Positions 1 to 9,391 of a DNA stretch of 38,311 bases are shown here, in pieces. Position 1 is the first letter of the stretch. Every line of letters begins with the position of its first letter. The stretch is taken from IMG/VR virus record IMGVR_UViG_3300020045_018875, positions 1 through 38,311 of that record. One strand, 5' to 3'. The notes below the pieces were generated by a model, which was given only the letters and a program-made list of their open reading frames with translations, ran no database searches and was not told the origin of the DNA. Source of the DNA: a virus. Lineage: Duplodnaviria > Caudoviricetes. The translations under genes were made by a program, and so were the position numbers.

Positions 1-121
1 TCCATAAAAAAAGAAATAAAATCACTAGAAGATAGACTCTTCGGCTTTGAGAATACCACGATCAGATCATTAGATTCTCAAGTTACTGACATTCGCATAG
101 AACTCGATTTAATCAAGAAAA
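1..121 (+). repeat. Terminal direct repeat, left copy (probably assembler circular overlap)
   Basis: tccataaaaaaagaaataaaatc...gatttaatcaagaaaa is identical to 38191-38311. Confidence 0.97.
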
Positions 122-165
122 AAATATTTTCACAAAAAGTTAAAAATCCACAAGATGGTGACTAA
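1..165 (+). CDS. 3' part of junction-spanning 95-aa membrane-anchored coiled-coil protein (starts at 38068)
   Basis: Manual translation SIKKEIKSLEDRLFGFENTTIRSLDSQVTDIRIELDLIKKKIFSQKVKNPQDGD*, TAA at 163-165, in frame with 38068 ATG. Confidence 0.8.
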   Translation, partial: SIKKEIKSLEDRLFGFENTTIRSLDSQVTDIRIELDLIKKKIFSQKVKNPQDGD

Positions 166-231
166 AGTATTTGTTTTTTTATGGATAATAACGAAACAAA
201 CATATGACTTCATTTAGTAGTGGGTGATATG

Positions 232-253
232 CCCTCCGGCGAAAGCCGGGGGG
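232..253 (+). promoter_or_regulatory. GC-rich hairpin with GAAA tetraloop in erf leader
   Basis: ccctccggc-gaaa-gccgggggg in an otherwise AT-rich intergenic region; no U tail. Confidence 0.5.
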
Positions 254-281
254 GAATTTATAGACCACTCAAAGGATAATC

Positions 282-878
282 ATGGAACATGCAAGTATGG
301 AAATGTTTAGCGCAGAGTTCAAAGATCTCATGGAAGCATTGCTCAAAGCTAAAAATGAGTTCTTACCCATTACTAAATCAGGATACAATAGCCATTTCAA
401 ATCACATTACGCTAAGTATGAAGATTATGAGCGTGCTTGTGGCCCAGCTTTAAGAAAGTATGGCGTTACCTGGGCACATATTCCATGGCTATATGAAGGC
501 CAGCTTGTCGAACTCACTATCTTTACTCATATCAAGACTGGTCAATGGATGAAAGGAATGATTCCAATTTCGCCTACAAAGCAAGATTCTCAAGGAGTAG
601 GGTCTTATATGACCTACATGGAAAGATATGCGTTAAAAGGCATGCTTGGCGTCTCTGGCGAAGAAGATGATGATGGTAACTATGATAGTGGTAAATCTTC
701 AGGCCCAAATATCTTCAAAGATCAGGTTCTAGAACTTCAAGATCTCATAAAGGGATGCTCTGATCCAAAGAAATGTTATCAAAATATACTCTCATTCAAC
801 AAGATAACAGATCTTAATGAACTTCCAGCAAGCTCTTACAATAGTGTTAAATCATACATAAAGAATTTTAAAGGTTAA
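282..878 (+). CDS. erf: ERF-family single-strand annealing protein
   Basis: ALLKAK..F.PI.K...N.HFKS.YA motif and QG.GS.MTY.ERYAL..MLG...EDDDGN motif typical of ERF; SD aaagga. Confidence 0.88.
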   Translation: MEHASMEMFSAEFKDLMEALLKAKNEFLPITKSGYNSHFKSHYAKYEDYERACGPALRKYGVTWAHIPWLYEGQLVELTIFTHIKTGQWMKGMIPISPTKQDSQGVGSYMTYMERYALKGMLGVSGEEDDDGNYDSGKSSGPNIFKDQVLELQDLIKGCSDPKKCYQNILSFNKITDLNELPASSYNSVKSYIKNFKG

Positions 879-881
879 CCT

Positions 882-1136
882 ATGTTTTTTGACGTGTACC
901 CATTGTTCCATTGTATCATGTTTGTATTAAGTGGATTCACTATCGGATTATACTTTGGAACTAAAAGAGATTGGGAAGATAATATCGTCATAGAAAATCT
1001 GGGCGAAGGATACTATGCATTAAAATGTAAAAAAGTAAGTATTGATTGCGGTAGATGTAATGGAAAAATGAGTATAACTACCAATGGTGTTACTCCTATA
1101 ATAACATGCAATCATTGTGATAATAAAACGTCTTAA
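882..1136 (+). CDS. Small protein with N-terminal TM segment and C-terminal zinc ribbon
   Basis: Hydrophobic residues ~8-26; CGRC...CNHC pair. Confidence 0.6.
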   Translation: MFFDVYPLFHCIMFVLSGFTIGLYFGTKRDWEDNIVIENLGEGYYALKCKKVSIDCGRCNGKMSITTNGVTPIITCNHCDNKTS

Positions 1137-1169
1137 GCACAGCTGTCATTTTGGTGACACTGCACTAAC

Positions 1170-1200
1170 AAAAGGGGCTCCTTTAACAAGAGCCCCTTTT
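1170..1200. terminator. Bidirectional intrinsic terminator between convergent transcription units
   Basis: aaaaggggctc-N9-gagcccctttt, perfect 11-bp inverted repeat. Confidence 0.85.
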
Positions 1201-1227
1201 GAATGAGAAAAGAATGATGATGAGAAT

Positions 1228-1509
1228 CTATTCTTGCACACCATACACTTTAGTCAATATAGGAAGTATTCTATTCTTCTCTTCTTCAGTAAGATCAGCC
1301 TCACCAACTTTATCCTCAATTCTTATTCTTCTTTTCAACTTCTTAGTATAGAAGATGTTGCTATCCCTATCCCAGTAATCACCAATTTGTCCATCACAAT
1401 CATTCACCACGAAATGATCTAGAGGCGGAAGCCATCTTCCCCCATCCCAGATAACCACATTTCGTACAAGACAAGTTTTGCTATCAATTATTGCATGCGA
1501 GTTTTTCAT
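1228..1509 (-). CDS. Small protein downstream of tail fibre, probable fibre assembly chaperone
   Basis: AIID...V.NVVIWDG..W.PP motif often seen in small genes after Gly-rich fibres; position. Confidence 0.5.
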   Translation of the reverse strand: MKNSHAIIDSKTCLVRNVVIWDGGRWLPPLDHFVVNDCDGQIGDYWDRDSNIFYTKKLKRRIRIEDKVGEADLTEEEKNRILPILTKVYGVQE

Positions 1510-1518
1510 ATGTATTCC

Positions 1519-4050
1519 TTATGAAGGGGTAAATTTAATAGATATAGTGCCCCTAATAGCTCCCGTAATAGCCAGTGATGCTTCAAATTGAACTGTATCA
1601 CCAATACTTACAGAAACTGTATTTACAAGATCACTAAATACTCCGGTTGCACCAGCTAAATAACTCACTCCCATAGCCGTATTTACGCCATTCTTATTTA
1701 AAATGAGAGTATTGGTATTAGTAGCACTGTTTGTCCCTATATTGAAGTAGAGGTCGCTAAATGTTCCTGAAATTGGCATTGTATATTGTCTATCCACTTG
1801 ATCTGTGCTGCTATCTCCAAATAGTGAAACATAACTAGGTAAAATTGTAGAGTTTATATTATGGCTTGCCATTCCTACTATTTGCTGAGCCGCTCCACCA
1901 CCGGATGAAAGAAACTCATAAATAACAACCATACCATCGGCACCATCTCCACCATCTCCTGATGTATGACCTAGAGAACAACCGCCTCCGCCAGCACCAC
2001 CACCCCCAGGGAATCCACCATGGCCCCCACGAGTTCCATTGGTGTTAACTCCTGAATTACAACCACCGCCACCACCAAGGCCTCCTGAAAATATCCCATT
2101 GGCTGCAACAGTAGATGCATCAGAGCCATCAGTTCCAGGCAATCCAGATGAAGCAGCAGATCCAGCCGCTCCTGTAACAGCATACGATCCTGACTGACTC
2201 CAGATACCACCACCTCTTCCTCCTGCATACGATACTGCACTCAATAGAGAGCCTCCGCCTCCACCACTCGTTGGCGAACCGGCCAATGTTGGCGTAAAGT
2301 AATAGCTTCCTCCATAACTCAAAAGATAGGGGCGAACATTATATTCATTAAATCCGTTAGGCTGCCCGCCACCTCTATCTACCGAAGATAGACCATTGGC
2401 CATACCCCCTGCAGAAAGAAATAAAAATGGCGCTGTGTTGTTAAATACTGCTCCTGGTGGCGTCACAGGGAATGAGCCTGAAGGGCTCCCTCCCGCTCCT
2501 CCAACATCAAGAGCTGTAAATGTTGGTGATGCAGCGCTTAATGTAGTAATAACACTCTGCCCAGGTAATCCACCAACTAAATCATCAACAGATGATACCG
2601 ATCCCGTAGCTCCATCATTACCATATAATCCAGTTCCAGCACTCGTCACTCCAACTCCACCAGACCCGCCAGCCCCAATAGTAACTGTCGCATTTGCTCC
2701 AAAACTTGATCTTGGCAATAGATAGAATGATGCTCCAATACACGATCCACCACACCCACCAACTCCCGTTGATGAGGGCGATCCATTTCCAGAAGTTCCA
2801 GAAGCTCCTCCTCCGCCACCTGACCATATTTGTACATAGACATATTCAGTATCTGCATGAGGTACCCATACGTCCGAAGAGGTAAATGTGGTTGTAATTA
2901 TTCCACCACCACCACCGCCCGTAGAACTTATAGTAATCTCCCCAGGAATACTCACATCATCAATCGTAATATTAGAACCCGCAGTAAGCTTAGCCAGATT
3001 GGGAATTGCACCAGTCACACCAATCATTAACTGACCAGTTGTCATAGGCAACAGACTATCTAATGATCCTGATGCATTACCAACAACAGGTGCATGATCA
3101 GTAAATCCATAAAGCTCTGCTGTAACTGTGTTGCCGGCACCAGTAGTCTGAATATGAGACGAATCTCCATACACATTCAGCGTTCCAGCTGCTGGTGAAG
3201 CATTGCCAGCATCCGTCTGAATAGTGGTAACTCCAGGCCCTGCACCTGCTACCGAAAGATCCAATGTATTTGGCCCTGGCGTAATAGTCACACTCAAATC
3301 TGTTGATGTTAAATCAGCAAATAGAGGCGTTGCTCCTGTAGCTCCAATAACAATCTGACCATCAGTACCCAACGGCAATGATGTTAAACTACCTAATGCA
3401 TTACCGACCTGAACTGCATTATCAGTCGTTCCAGAAACTGATGCCGTAACCGTATTGCCTGCTGCTGATGTGGTTATATTATCACCACCAAAAACATTCA
3501 GTATTCCAGCTATAGGTGTAGCCGAACCACTATCTGCATCAATCTGAACAGCAACCGTCCCCGCTGCCGATATTGTAATGGTATCTCCAGCGCCAGACGT
3601 ACTAATAGCTCCAGATCCAATAATATTAAGATTATTGGCGCTCGGCGCTGCTGTACCAACATCTGCTGTATAGCTATAAGATATCGTTCCATCATCTGAT
3701 AATGTAATAAGATTGGCTCCAGGATTGCCGGTAAACACATAATGTCCACCTCCGTGAAGTTCAATATTATTACTTGGGTCTCCAGGAACTGGTCCTCCAA
3801 GATCTCCTTCAATCGTCTGAATTCCGCCTCCACCACCACTAGTTATCTCTTTCCAAGTACCTTGACCACCCTCTTGGCTTACTAATACCCACAACTGTTG
3901 AGTCTCTGAGTTAAGCCATTGGCATTGAAGTGTAAAATTACTGTAATCGTTTATGGTGGGATTTCTTTTGTAAATAACCGCTTGAGTAGGGTTGACGGGG
4001 TCAACCCCTACATAAGAGAGTGGATTCAATCCACGCAATCTTGTTGCCAT
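1519..4050 (-). CDS. Gly-rich tail fibre/spike protein
   Basis: 843 aa; repeated (D/T)AD.G.A.P....LN..G units; long poly-Gly domain; last large gene of the structural operon. Confidence 0.8.
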   Translation of the reverse strand: MATRLRGLNPLSYVGVDPVNPTQAVIYKRNPTINDYSNFTLQCQWLNSETQQLWVLVSQEGGQGTWKEITSGGGGGIQTIEGDLGGPVPGDPSNNIELHGGGHYVFTGNPGANLITLSDDGTISYSYTADVGTAAPSANNLNIIGSGAISTSGAGDTITISAAGTVAVQIDADSGSATPIAGILNVFGGDNITTSAAGNTVTASVSGTTDNAVQVGNALGSLTSLPLGTDGQIVIGATGATPLFADLTSTDLSVTITPGPNTLDLSVAGAGPGVTTIQTDAGNASPAAGTLNVYGDSSHIQTTGAGNTVTAELYGFTDHAPVVGNASGSLDSLLPMTTGQLMIGVTGAIPNLAKLTAGSNITIDDVSIPGEITISSTGGGGGGIITTTFTSSDVWVPHADTEYVYVQIWSGGGGGASGTSGNGSPSSTGVGGCGGSCIGASFYLLPRSSFGANATVTIGAGGSGGVGVTSAGTGLYGNDGATGSVSSVDDLVGGLPGQSVITTLSAASPTFTALDVGGAGGSPSGSFPVTPPGAVFNNTAPFLFLSAGGMANGLSSVDRGGGQPNGFNEYNVRPYLLSYGGSYYFTPTLAGSPTSGGGGGSLLSAVSYAGGRGGGIWSQSGSYAVTGAAGSAASSGLPGTDGSDASTVAANGIFSGGLGGGGGCNSGVNTNGTRGGHGGFPGGGGAGGGGCSLGHTSGDGGDGADGMVVIYEFLSSGGGAAQQIVGMASHNINSTILPSYVSLFGDSSTDQVDRQYTMPISGTFSDLYFNIGTNSATNTNTLILNKNGVNTAMGVSYLAGATGVFSDLVNTVSVSIGDTVQFEASLAITGAIRGTISIKFTPS

Positions 4051-4060
4051 AGATCAACTC

Positions 4061-4351
4061 CTAGATAGAATGTAATTCTCTACCTTTTCTATCTTTATAA
4101 TCTTGTTGAGAAAATACCAACTGAGCAAATGCATCATCATCAAGAGGAACAGATTCAACTCTTCCCTTTAATTTAGGCATCCATTCATCACGAAGTCGCT
4201 TCATACATTGTTCATACTTATGCATAAGGACCCACTGTAATCTTCTTTCCAAATCAGAATCTAATATGTCCGCATGTATATCATTGCATATAACTCTTTT
4301 TTGTACTTCAGAAAGACTGAATAACTCTTTGTTGTTTACTGAAATTTTCAT
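4061..4351 (-). CDS. Hypothetical protein in fibre cluster (possible chaperone)
   Basis: 96-aa ORF with SD gaagga, co-oriented with fibre genes. Confidence 0.6.
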   Translation of the reverse strand: MKISVNNKELFSLSEVQKRVICNDIHADILDSDLERRLQWVLMHKYEQCMKRLRDEWMPKLKGRVESVPLDDDAFAQLVFSQQDYKDRKGRELHSI

Positions 4352-4377
4352 AAATTATCCTTCGGATTGCAATCCTT

Positions 4378-5043
4378 TTAACAAATTAAACTTCCCATAA
4401 AATACCCGCGTGGAGTAGTCGTACTCACCGATGAAACATTAATTGTCTTAGTTGATCCTGATATGGTAATCGTTATTGTACATGTATCACCCGCATCCAT
4501 ATCAGTCAATGCTGTCAGTCTATATGTAGTTTGACCATCAGACGAAAGAGCTCCAGCCATCTCATAAGCATCCCAAATACATCCATTAAATGTCCTATTA
4601 CTCGTTGTTATAGTACTTACTGCTTCATTAAATAATCCAGCCGTTACATTATCAACCCATGGACTACCATTAATTCTATACTTACCAGAAACTGGTGCTG
4701 TAAATGTGGAGCCCGAAAGATCTCCATTCTGATCAAATATCTCTGTGTCCCATGCAACAGTGTAGACTGTCCCATCTCCTGTCACATTACTTGCAGTTGC
4801 TGCAAGAACCGTACTAAAAGCAGACTGTATAGGCTCTGTAGATTCACCAGTACTTAGAGCAATAAATCTACTGTTTGTTCCTAATGTTCCTCCTGAAGAT
4901 ATATGATAACTTCCCGTTGACTGAACAACCCCTTCAGTTATCTTATCTGTTCCATTAATACTGTATTTAGTATACGTATCAGCAGAAGACCCTGGGTCAA
5001 TTGTAAATGGAGCACTACTATTATTGAGACTATTCGTTTTCAT
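4378..5043 (-). CDS. C1q-like head domain virion protein, paralog 1 (start revised to MKTNS at 5043)
   Basis: AF.......NVTG.GT.YT..WDTEIFDQN.D....TFTAPVSG.Y C1q-like signature; TAATG overlap with upstream paralog. Confidence 0.7.
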   Translation of the reverse strand: MKTNSLNNSSAPFTIDPGSSADTYTKYSINGTDKITEGVVQSTGSYHISSGGTLGTNSRFIALSTGESTEPIQSAFSTVLAATASNVTGDGTVYTVAWDTEIFDQNGDLSGSTFTAPVSGKYRINGSPWVDNVTAGLFNEAVSTITTSNRTFNGCIWDAYEMAGALSSDGQTTYRLTALTDMDAGDTCTITITISGSTKTINVSSVSTTTPRGYFMGSLIC

Positions 5044-5702
5044 TATATCTCCAGATTTCCTGAGAACCATGAATAAACAGTTGCACTACTACCACTACCC
5101 AAAACATCAACCACTTGAGCACCTCCAATTACATTTAATTTTACTACAGCGGTATCTCCAGCATCCATATCCCCAAGAACTGTTGTATAAAAAGAAAAGT
5201 TACCACTTGCAGCTACTCGTGGATTACCACAGTTGACCTGCATATAATATGTACGATTAGATGTAGTAATAGAAAATCCAGAATTATTCATTGCTAATGC
5301 TATACCTCCACCTAAAACGCCAGATTCAAAAGAATATCTACCAGAAACTGGTGCTGTAAATGTAGACCCAGAAAGATCATTATTCTGATCAAATATCTCT
5401 GTATCCCATGCAATCGTATATTCTGTGTCATTTCCTGTAACATTGGCGATAGTAGTATTCACAATAGTCAAAAAAGCAGACTGTAATGGTTTAGTTATTT
5501 GACCACCTGAAGTTATAGTAAGTGCATCATTTGTTCCTAATGTTCCTCCTGAAGATATATGATATGAAGAGTTAGTATTATCAACGCCTGTAGTAAATTT
5601 AGAAACACTACTAATTTCATATTTAATATATGTATCTGAAGCTGAACTTGGGTCAATTGTAAATGGGGCACTACTATTATTGAGACTATTTGTTTTTGCC
5701 AT
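5043..5702 (-). CDS. C1q-like head domain virion protein, paralog 2
   Basis: Same signature; N-terminus KTNSLNNSSAPFTIDP identical to paralog 1. Confidence 0.7.
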   Translation of the reverse strand: MAKTNSLNNSSAPFTIDPSSASDTYIKYEISSVSKFTTGVDNTNSSYHISSGGTLGTNDALTITSGGQITKPLQSAFLTIVNTTIANVTGNDTEYTIAWDTEIFDQNNDLSGSTFTAPVSGRYSFESGVLGGGIALAMNNSGFSITTSNRTYYMQVNCGNPRVAASGNFSFYTTVLGDMDAGDTAVVKLNVIGGAQVVDVLGSGSSATVYSWFSGNLEI

Positions 5703-5711
5703 AATTATCCT

Positions 5712-7268
5712 TTAACAGACTAAGAATCCTGAAAACCAACAATCTGGGCCCCCACCTGATCCGCCAGATAGATCATCTGTATCTCCAGCTTCTCCGGTAA
5801 CTTGTATACTCACTGTTGCGGTGTCTCCAGCATCCATATCTGTAATAGTACATTCTGAAGCAGTAATATTTTGATTGCCAGCAGCTCTTGCATATTGAGT
5901 GAAATAAGTCCTATTACTTGTTGTAATTCTAATATTTGCAGTAGTTGCTATGGTACAACCTATAATAAGTATCTGTCCTGAAAGATTATATCTACCTGTT
6001 ATTGGTGCAGTAAATGTTCCATTAGTGTTCATATCACCATTTTGATCAAACACTTCAGTCAAGGCGGTAGTTCCTAATGTATAAATAGTCCCGTTTCCAG
6101 TTATATTATTTATCTGATTTGGTGCATATGCAAAGAATGCTGGCTGTAATGGATAATTTATCTCGCCAGTATCTTGTGCCACCATTATATTTCCTGTAGC
6201 CGAAGCCAATGAAAAGTCTGATGTGCCATATTTTAATGCAAGACTTGATGTTGTATTAGTACTACCAACAGTTACTGTTTTAGCAGCTGCTCCAGTACCA
6301 ATATTAATCGTAGACGCAGTAGCATCATTTGAGATGTTAATTGCAGTACCAGTTATATAATGTCCTGCGACAGTAGTAACTGAAGATGCTCCACTAATAC
6401 CAGATGAAGTACCAGTAAAAGTAACAAATCCTGTACTTAAAGACCCGCCGCCAGAAACAGATATAGCATTAACGTTAGAGCTACTAACGACTGATCTTAT
6501 CAATCTTAATGTATGAGTTCCACTAACCGATATAGCTGTAGCAGTTCCAGAAGCATATAGATTATAATTGGTAGTAGAAGTTCCATTACCGGCTACCGAT
6601 ATACATGTTGCATTTTGTGCAGAAGTATCTATTTGGCTATAGATATTTTGGAAACTACCAGATCCTGTTGTTGATATAGGACTCAATAAATTAGTATAAA
6701 AATATTTGACTACGCCTGCTGAATTTGAAGCACTCGTTGAGCTTCCTCCGCTATTAGTAGTATTACAATATCTATATTCCATTGTTCCAGGACTACTCAT
6801 AGAATGCATTGCTATTCCAGTTGTGCCTAAATCAATAATAGATTGTGCTATTAATATCTGAGATGATGCACTTGAACTTGTAAATGATATTGCAGTATTA
6901 TTTGTAGCATTAATATAACAGTTTGATAATTTTAATATAGATGCTGCAACACCAGTTACAGATATACAAAAATCAGAGTTTGTCTGAAGGCGCATATCGG
7001 ATATAACAACAGTTCCAGCTGCGCTAAATGTCGCATTACCAATAATAGTTACCATAGGAGTTCTTTCAGCGCCAGAGGGTGCTGATAAAGTAACTCCTGC
7101 TTTTAAAGTTAAGTTCTCTGTATAGGTTCCACCGCGTACAAAAATATTATCGCCAGAAGAAGCAGCATCAATAGCTGCTTGAATAGTTGTATGTGTTCCC
7201 TGTGTAGCGTTTGGCGATACTACAAATTTAGCAACGGTAAATGTATTCGTGCTTAATTGCTGTGCCAT
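5712..7268 (-). CDS. Tail spike: beta-helix-like N-terminal part plus C1q-like C-terminal domain (start revised to MAQQL at 7268)
   Basis: HTTIQAAIDAA..GD.IFV..GTY.ENLTLK pectin-lyase-like cap; C-terminal FDQN...TFTAPITGRY; SD aaaggaga. Confidence 0.7.
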   Translation of the reverse strand: MAQQLSTNTFTVAKFVVSPNATQGTHTTIQAAIDAASSGDNIFVRGGTYTENLTLKAGVTLSAPSGAERTPMVTIIGNATFSAAGTVVISDMRLQTNSDFCISVTGVAASILKLSNCYINATNNTAISFTSSSASSQILIAQSIIDLGTTGIAMHSMSSPGTMEYRYCNTTNSGGSSTSASNSAGVVKYFYTNLLSPISTTGSGSFQNIYSQIDTSAQNATCISVAGNGTSTTNYNLYASGTATAISVSGTHTLRLIRSVVSSSNVNAISVSGGGSLSTGFVTFTGTSSGISGASSVTTVAGHYITGTAINISNDATASTINIGTGAAAKTVTVGSTNTTSSLALKYGTSDFSLASATGNIMVAQDTGEINYPLQPAFFAYAPNQINNITGNGTIYTLGTTALTEVFDQNGDMNTNGTFTAPITGRYNLSGQILIIGCTIATTANIRITTSNRTYFTQYARAAGNQNITASECTITDMDAGDTATVSIQVTGEAGDTDDLSGGSGGGPDCWFSGFLVC

Positions 7269-7279
7269 GTATTCTCCTT

Positions 7280-7939
7280 TTAAACTACAGTTAAGTTTCC
7301 AACGGCATTGATGACATTCCAATTAGAACTTGCACCGGCAACAACACAGACAATTTCAAGAGAATCTCTTATTGCTGTTGATGTTATGCTTCCTGCCACA
7401 CCAACAGTAGTTGATGAAGAACCAAAGAATATCTGCTGATTGGCATTCTGAGCTATGCGCCAACCGACTGCTGTATTTATTCCTGTTATTTTAATGATAT
7501 CACCAATTGCACTTGTTGCTGGCAATGTCATGGTCAAGAGACCTGCTTTATTGGCTATATAACCATTGCTTGCAACAGCATTCGCATCTACCGTAGTTAC
7601 CGTCCAGACAAAATTTGTTGCACCTGAATCAGATCCAAGCTCTCCTGTAACGGTATTTATGGTTACATAGTTCTTATTGGCTACAACACCACTGGCAACA
7701 TTCAATGCATTTATCTTTCCAGATCCATTTGGTCTGAATGTAAGATTTCCATTAGCAGTTGGGTCAAAGATGATATTAGCCGTTGTTTCATCAGGTACTA
7801 CGTTATAGACTGCTGATGTATTGAGTGTGTATACTGCATTAGCATCATCAGCACCAAAGGCTAATGAGTTTGCAATATTATTTTCAATATAAACAAATGG
7901 TCCATTAGGACCTGATTTAGTAATTAACGATTGTGCCAT
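7280..7939 (-). CDS. Tail fibre-related structural protein
   Basis: NGYI.......T.TLPA...IGD.I.I module common in fibre proteins; context. Confidence 0.6.
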   Translation of the reverse strand: MAQSLITKSGPNGPFVYIENNIANSLAFGADDANAVYTLNTSAVYNVVPDETTANIIFDPTANGNLTFRPNGSGKINALNVASGVVANKNYVTINTVTGELGSDSGATNFVWTVTTVDANAVASNGYIANKAGLLTMTLPATSAIGDIIKITGINTAVGWRIAQNANQQIFFGSSSTTVGVAGSITSTAIRDSLEIVCVVAGASSNWNVINAVGNLTVV

Positions 7940-7947
7940 TCTCTCTC

Positions 7948-8466
7948 CTAGTTATAAATAACACGTAATGTTGCCAACCAATTATAGGTCATTGCGACAA
8001 CGCCGGTTACATAAATATTAAGATTTGTTCCGGCTCCGGCAAAAGTCATAGCGGGAGCTCCTCCGGAATCAAAAAGAAGATTTCCTTGGTTACCGACTAT
8101 AGCTGTTCCGCCACCACTATTACGTGCAACAACGGTAAGATTTCCCCCTATAGCTGTTGCATAAGTACTCTGAGGGGCAATAACACTTATGCTTACTGTT
8201 ACAGCTTCATTAGCAGCAACGGGCACTGTTGCTAATAATGTTGGTGTAGCATCGGTAGTCTGAACCGAGAACTGAGAAGTTCCATCTATATTAATAGTTA
8301 GGGTATTGGTTCCTGGATTACCATCAACTGTAATAACTCCTGATTGGCCAATGATATTAATATTCCCATTAATATCAGGACTAATAACCCCTCCGGTATC
8401 ACCGGTGAGTTCTAAAAGATCTGTTCCGCCCCCACCTGCGGCAGATAAAGCACCACTTTGTGACAT
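7948..8466 (-). CDS. Virion structural protein
   Basis: LTGDTGG.ISPD.NGNINIIG resembles the first repeat of the 843-aa fibre. Confidence 0.55.
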   Translation of the reverse strand: MSQSGALSAAGGGGTDLLELTGDTGGVISPDINGNINIIGQSGVITVDGNPGTNTLTINIDGTSQFSVQTTDATPTLLATVPVAANEAVTVSISVIAPQSTYATAIGGNLTVVARNSGGGTAIVGNQGNLLFDSGGAPAMTFAGAGTNLNIYVTGVVAMTYNWLATLRVIYN

Positions 8467-8474
8467 AGTATCTC

Positions 8475-8825
8475 CTAGTATTGGGCGTAGAATCCTGAAA
8501 CAGCAACTAATCCTGAAGTAGGAGCAGATGCAAATTTCACGAAAAATTTAGTTCCTTGACTGACTGATAATTCAGATGCGCGCTCACCTCTATTAGTTCC
8601 AAAATCAAACAGTTGGAATGATTCTGCAGCTAAATAGATATGATCATTTACTCCATCAAATGATATATAGATTGGTGCATTTGTTGCATTCTGAAAATTC
8701 AAAATTCTACATGGATAGGGTAATCCTGTAGATGATATTATGGTATATGATCCTGTTATACTTCCAAAAGCCATTGATTGCAATGGAATTGGATACGCTC
8801 TGACTGCTATTGCGTTACTTGCCAT
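8475..8825 (-). CDS. Small beta-rich virion protein (start revised to MASNA)
   Basis: N.TN.PIYISFDGVNDH motif shared with 8827-9144. Confidence 0.55.
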   Translation of the reverse strand: MASNAIAVRAYPIPLQSMAFGSITGSYTIISSTGLPYPCRILNFQNATNAPIYISFDGVNDHIYLAAESFQLFDFGTNRGERASELSVSQGTKFFVKFASAPTSGLVAVSGFYAQY

Positions 8826-8826
8826 A

Positions 8827-9144
8827 TTATACTCCCATATGGAATGCATAGGTAGCTATATATACTTTCCCAGAACCTGAAGATTCTGCTTTTAGATAAT
8901 AGCCATCCATTCTTAAAAAACCTTTATTACTATCAGGAAAGTCTATATCTATTCGTGATTTAGCTGAGACTATATCATGATCTTGAGCCCCGTCAAAGCT
9001 CACAATGACGGGGATATTACTTTCATTGGTAATATGAACTGAAGAGATACATGCTATAGAGGCAACCAGAAATCCTGAGTAGGCTTTAGATAATTCTTCA
9101 ACATCTACTTCAATCAACGGTAGTGCATATACCATATTTTTCAT
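8827..9144 (-). CDS. Small beta-rich virion protein, paralog of 8475-8825
   Basis: NESNIPVIVSFDGAQDH motif. Confidence 0.55.
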   Translation of the reverse strand: MKNMVYALPLIEVDVEELSKAYSGFLVASIACISSVHITNESNIPVIVSFDGAQDHDIVSAKSRIDIDFPDSNKGFLRMDGYYLKAESSGSGKVYIATYAFHMGV

Positions 9145-9145
9145 A

Positions 9146-9343
9146 TTACTTTTCCTCTACAGCTGCTTGTTTGCTTTGTAGATTCTTAATATTCTCATTA
9201 GCTCTTTTGGCCACTTCAGACAAGAACTCAAAAAGAACATCATGACACTCTCCAGCAGGTGCGGTATTAGGGAAAACAAACTCATAACGTCTATCTTCCT
9301 TAGTAACTTCAAAAGAGACCAGTGATTTCAATGTAATTTCCAT
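9146..9343 (-). CDS. Hypothetical protein
   Basis: 65 aa, SD aaaagga, tight coupling to next gene. Confidence 0.6.
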   Translation of the reverse strand: MEITLKSLVSFEVTKEDRRYEFVFPNTAPAGECHDVLFEFLSEVAKRANENIKNLQSKQAAVEEK

Positions 9344-9391
9344 AGATATATCCTTTTGACGATGAACGTCTTTTATGGGTTAAAATTAAAT

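Noticed and set aside
1-121. 121-bp repeat as biological terminal repeat or att site
   Set aside because: It falls mid-gene and its length fits an assembler k-mer overlap
1971-3839. Alternative-frame and antisense ORFs within the Gly-rich fibre, and similar shadows in other large genes
   Set aside because: Explained by codon bias of the real genes; no SD or recognisable motifs
4378-7268. Diversity-generating retroelement or shufflon
   Set aside because: No reverse transcriptase or invertase, and differences are not adenine-specific
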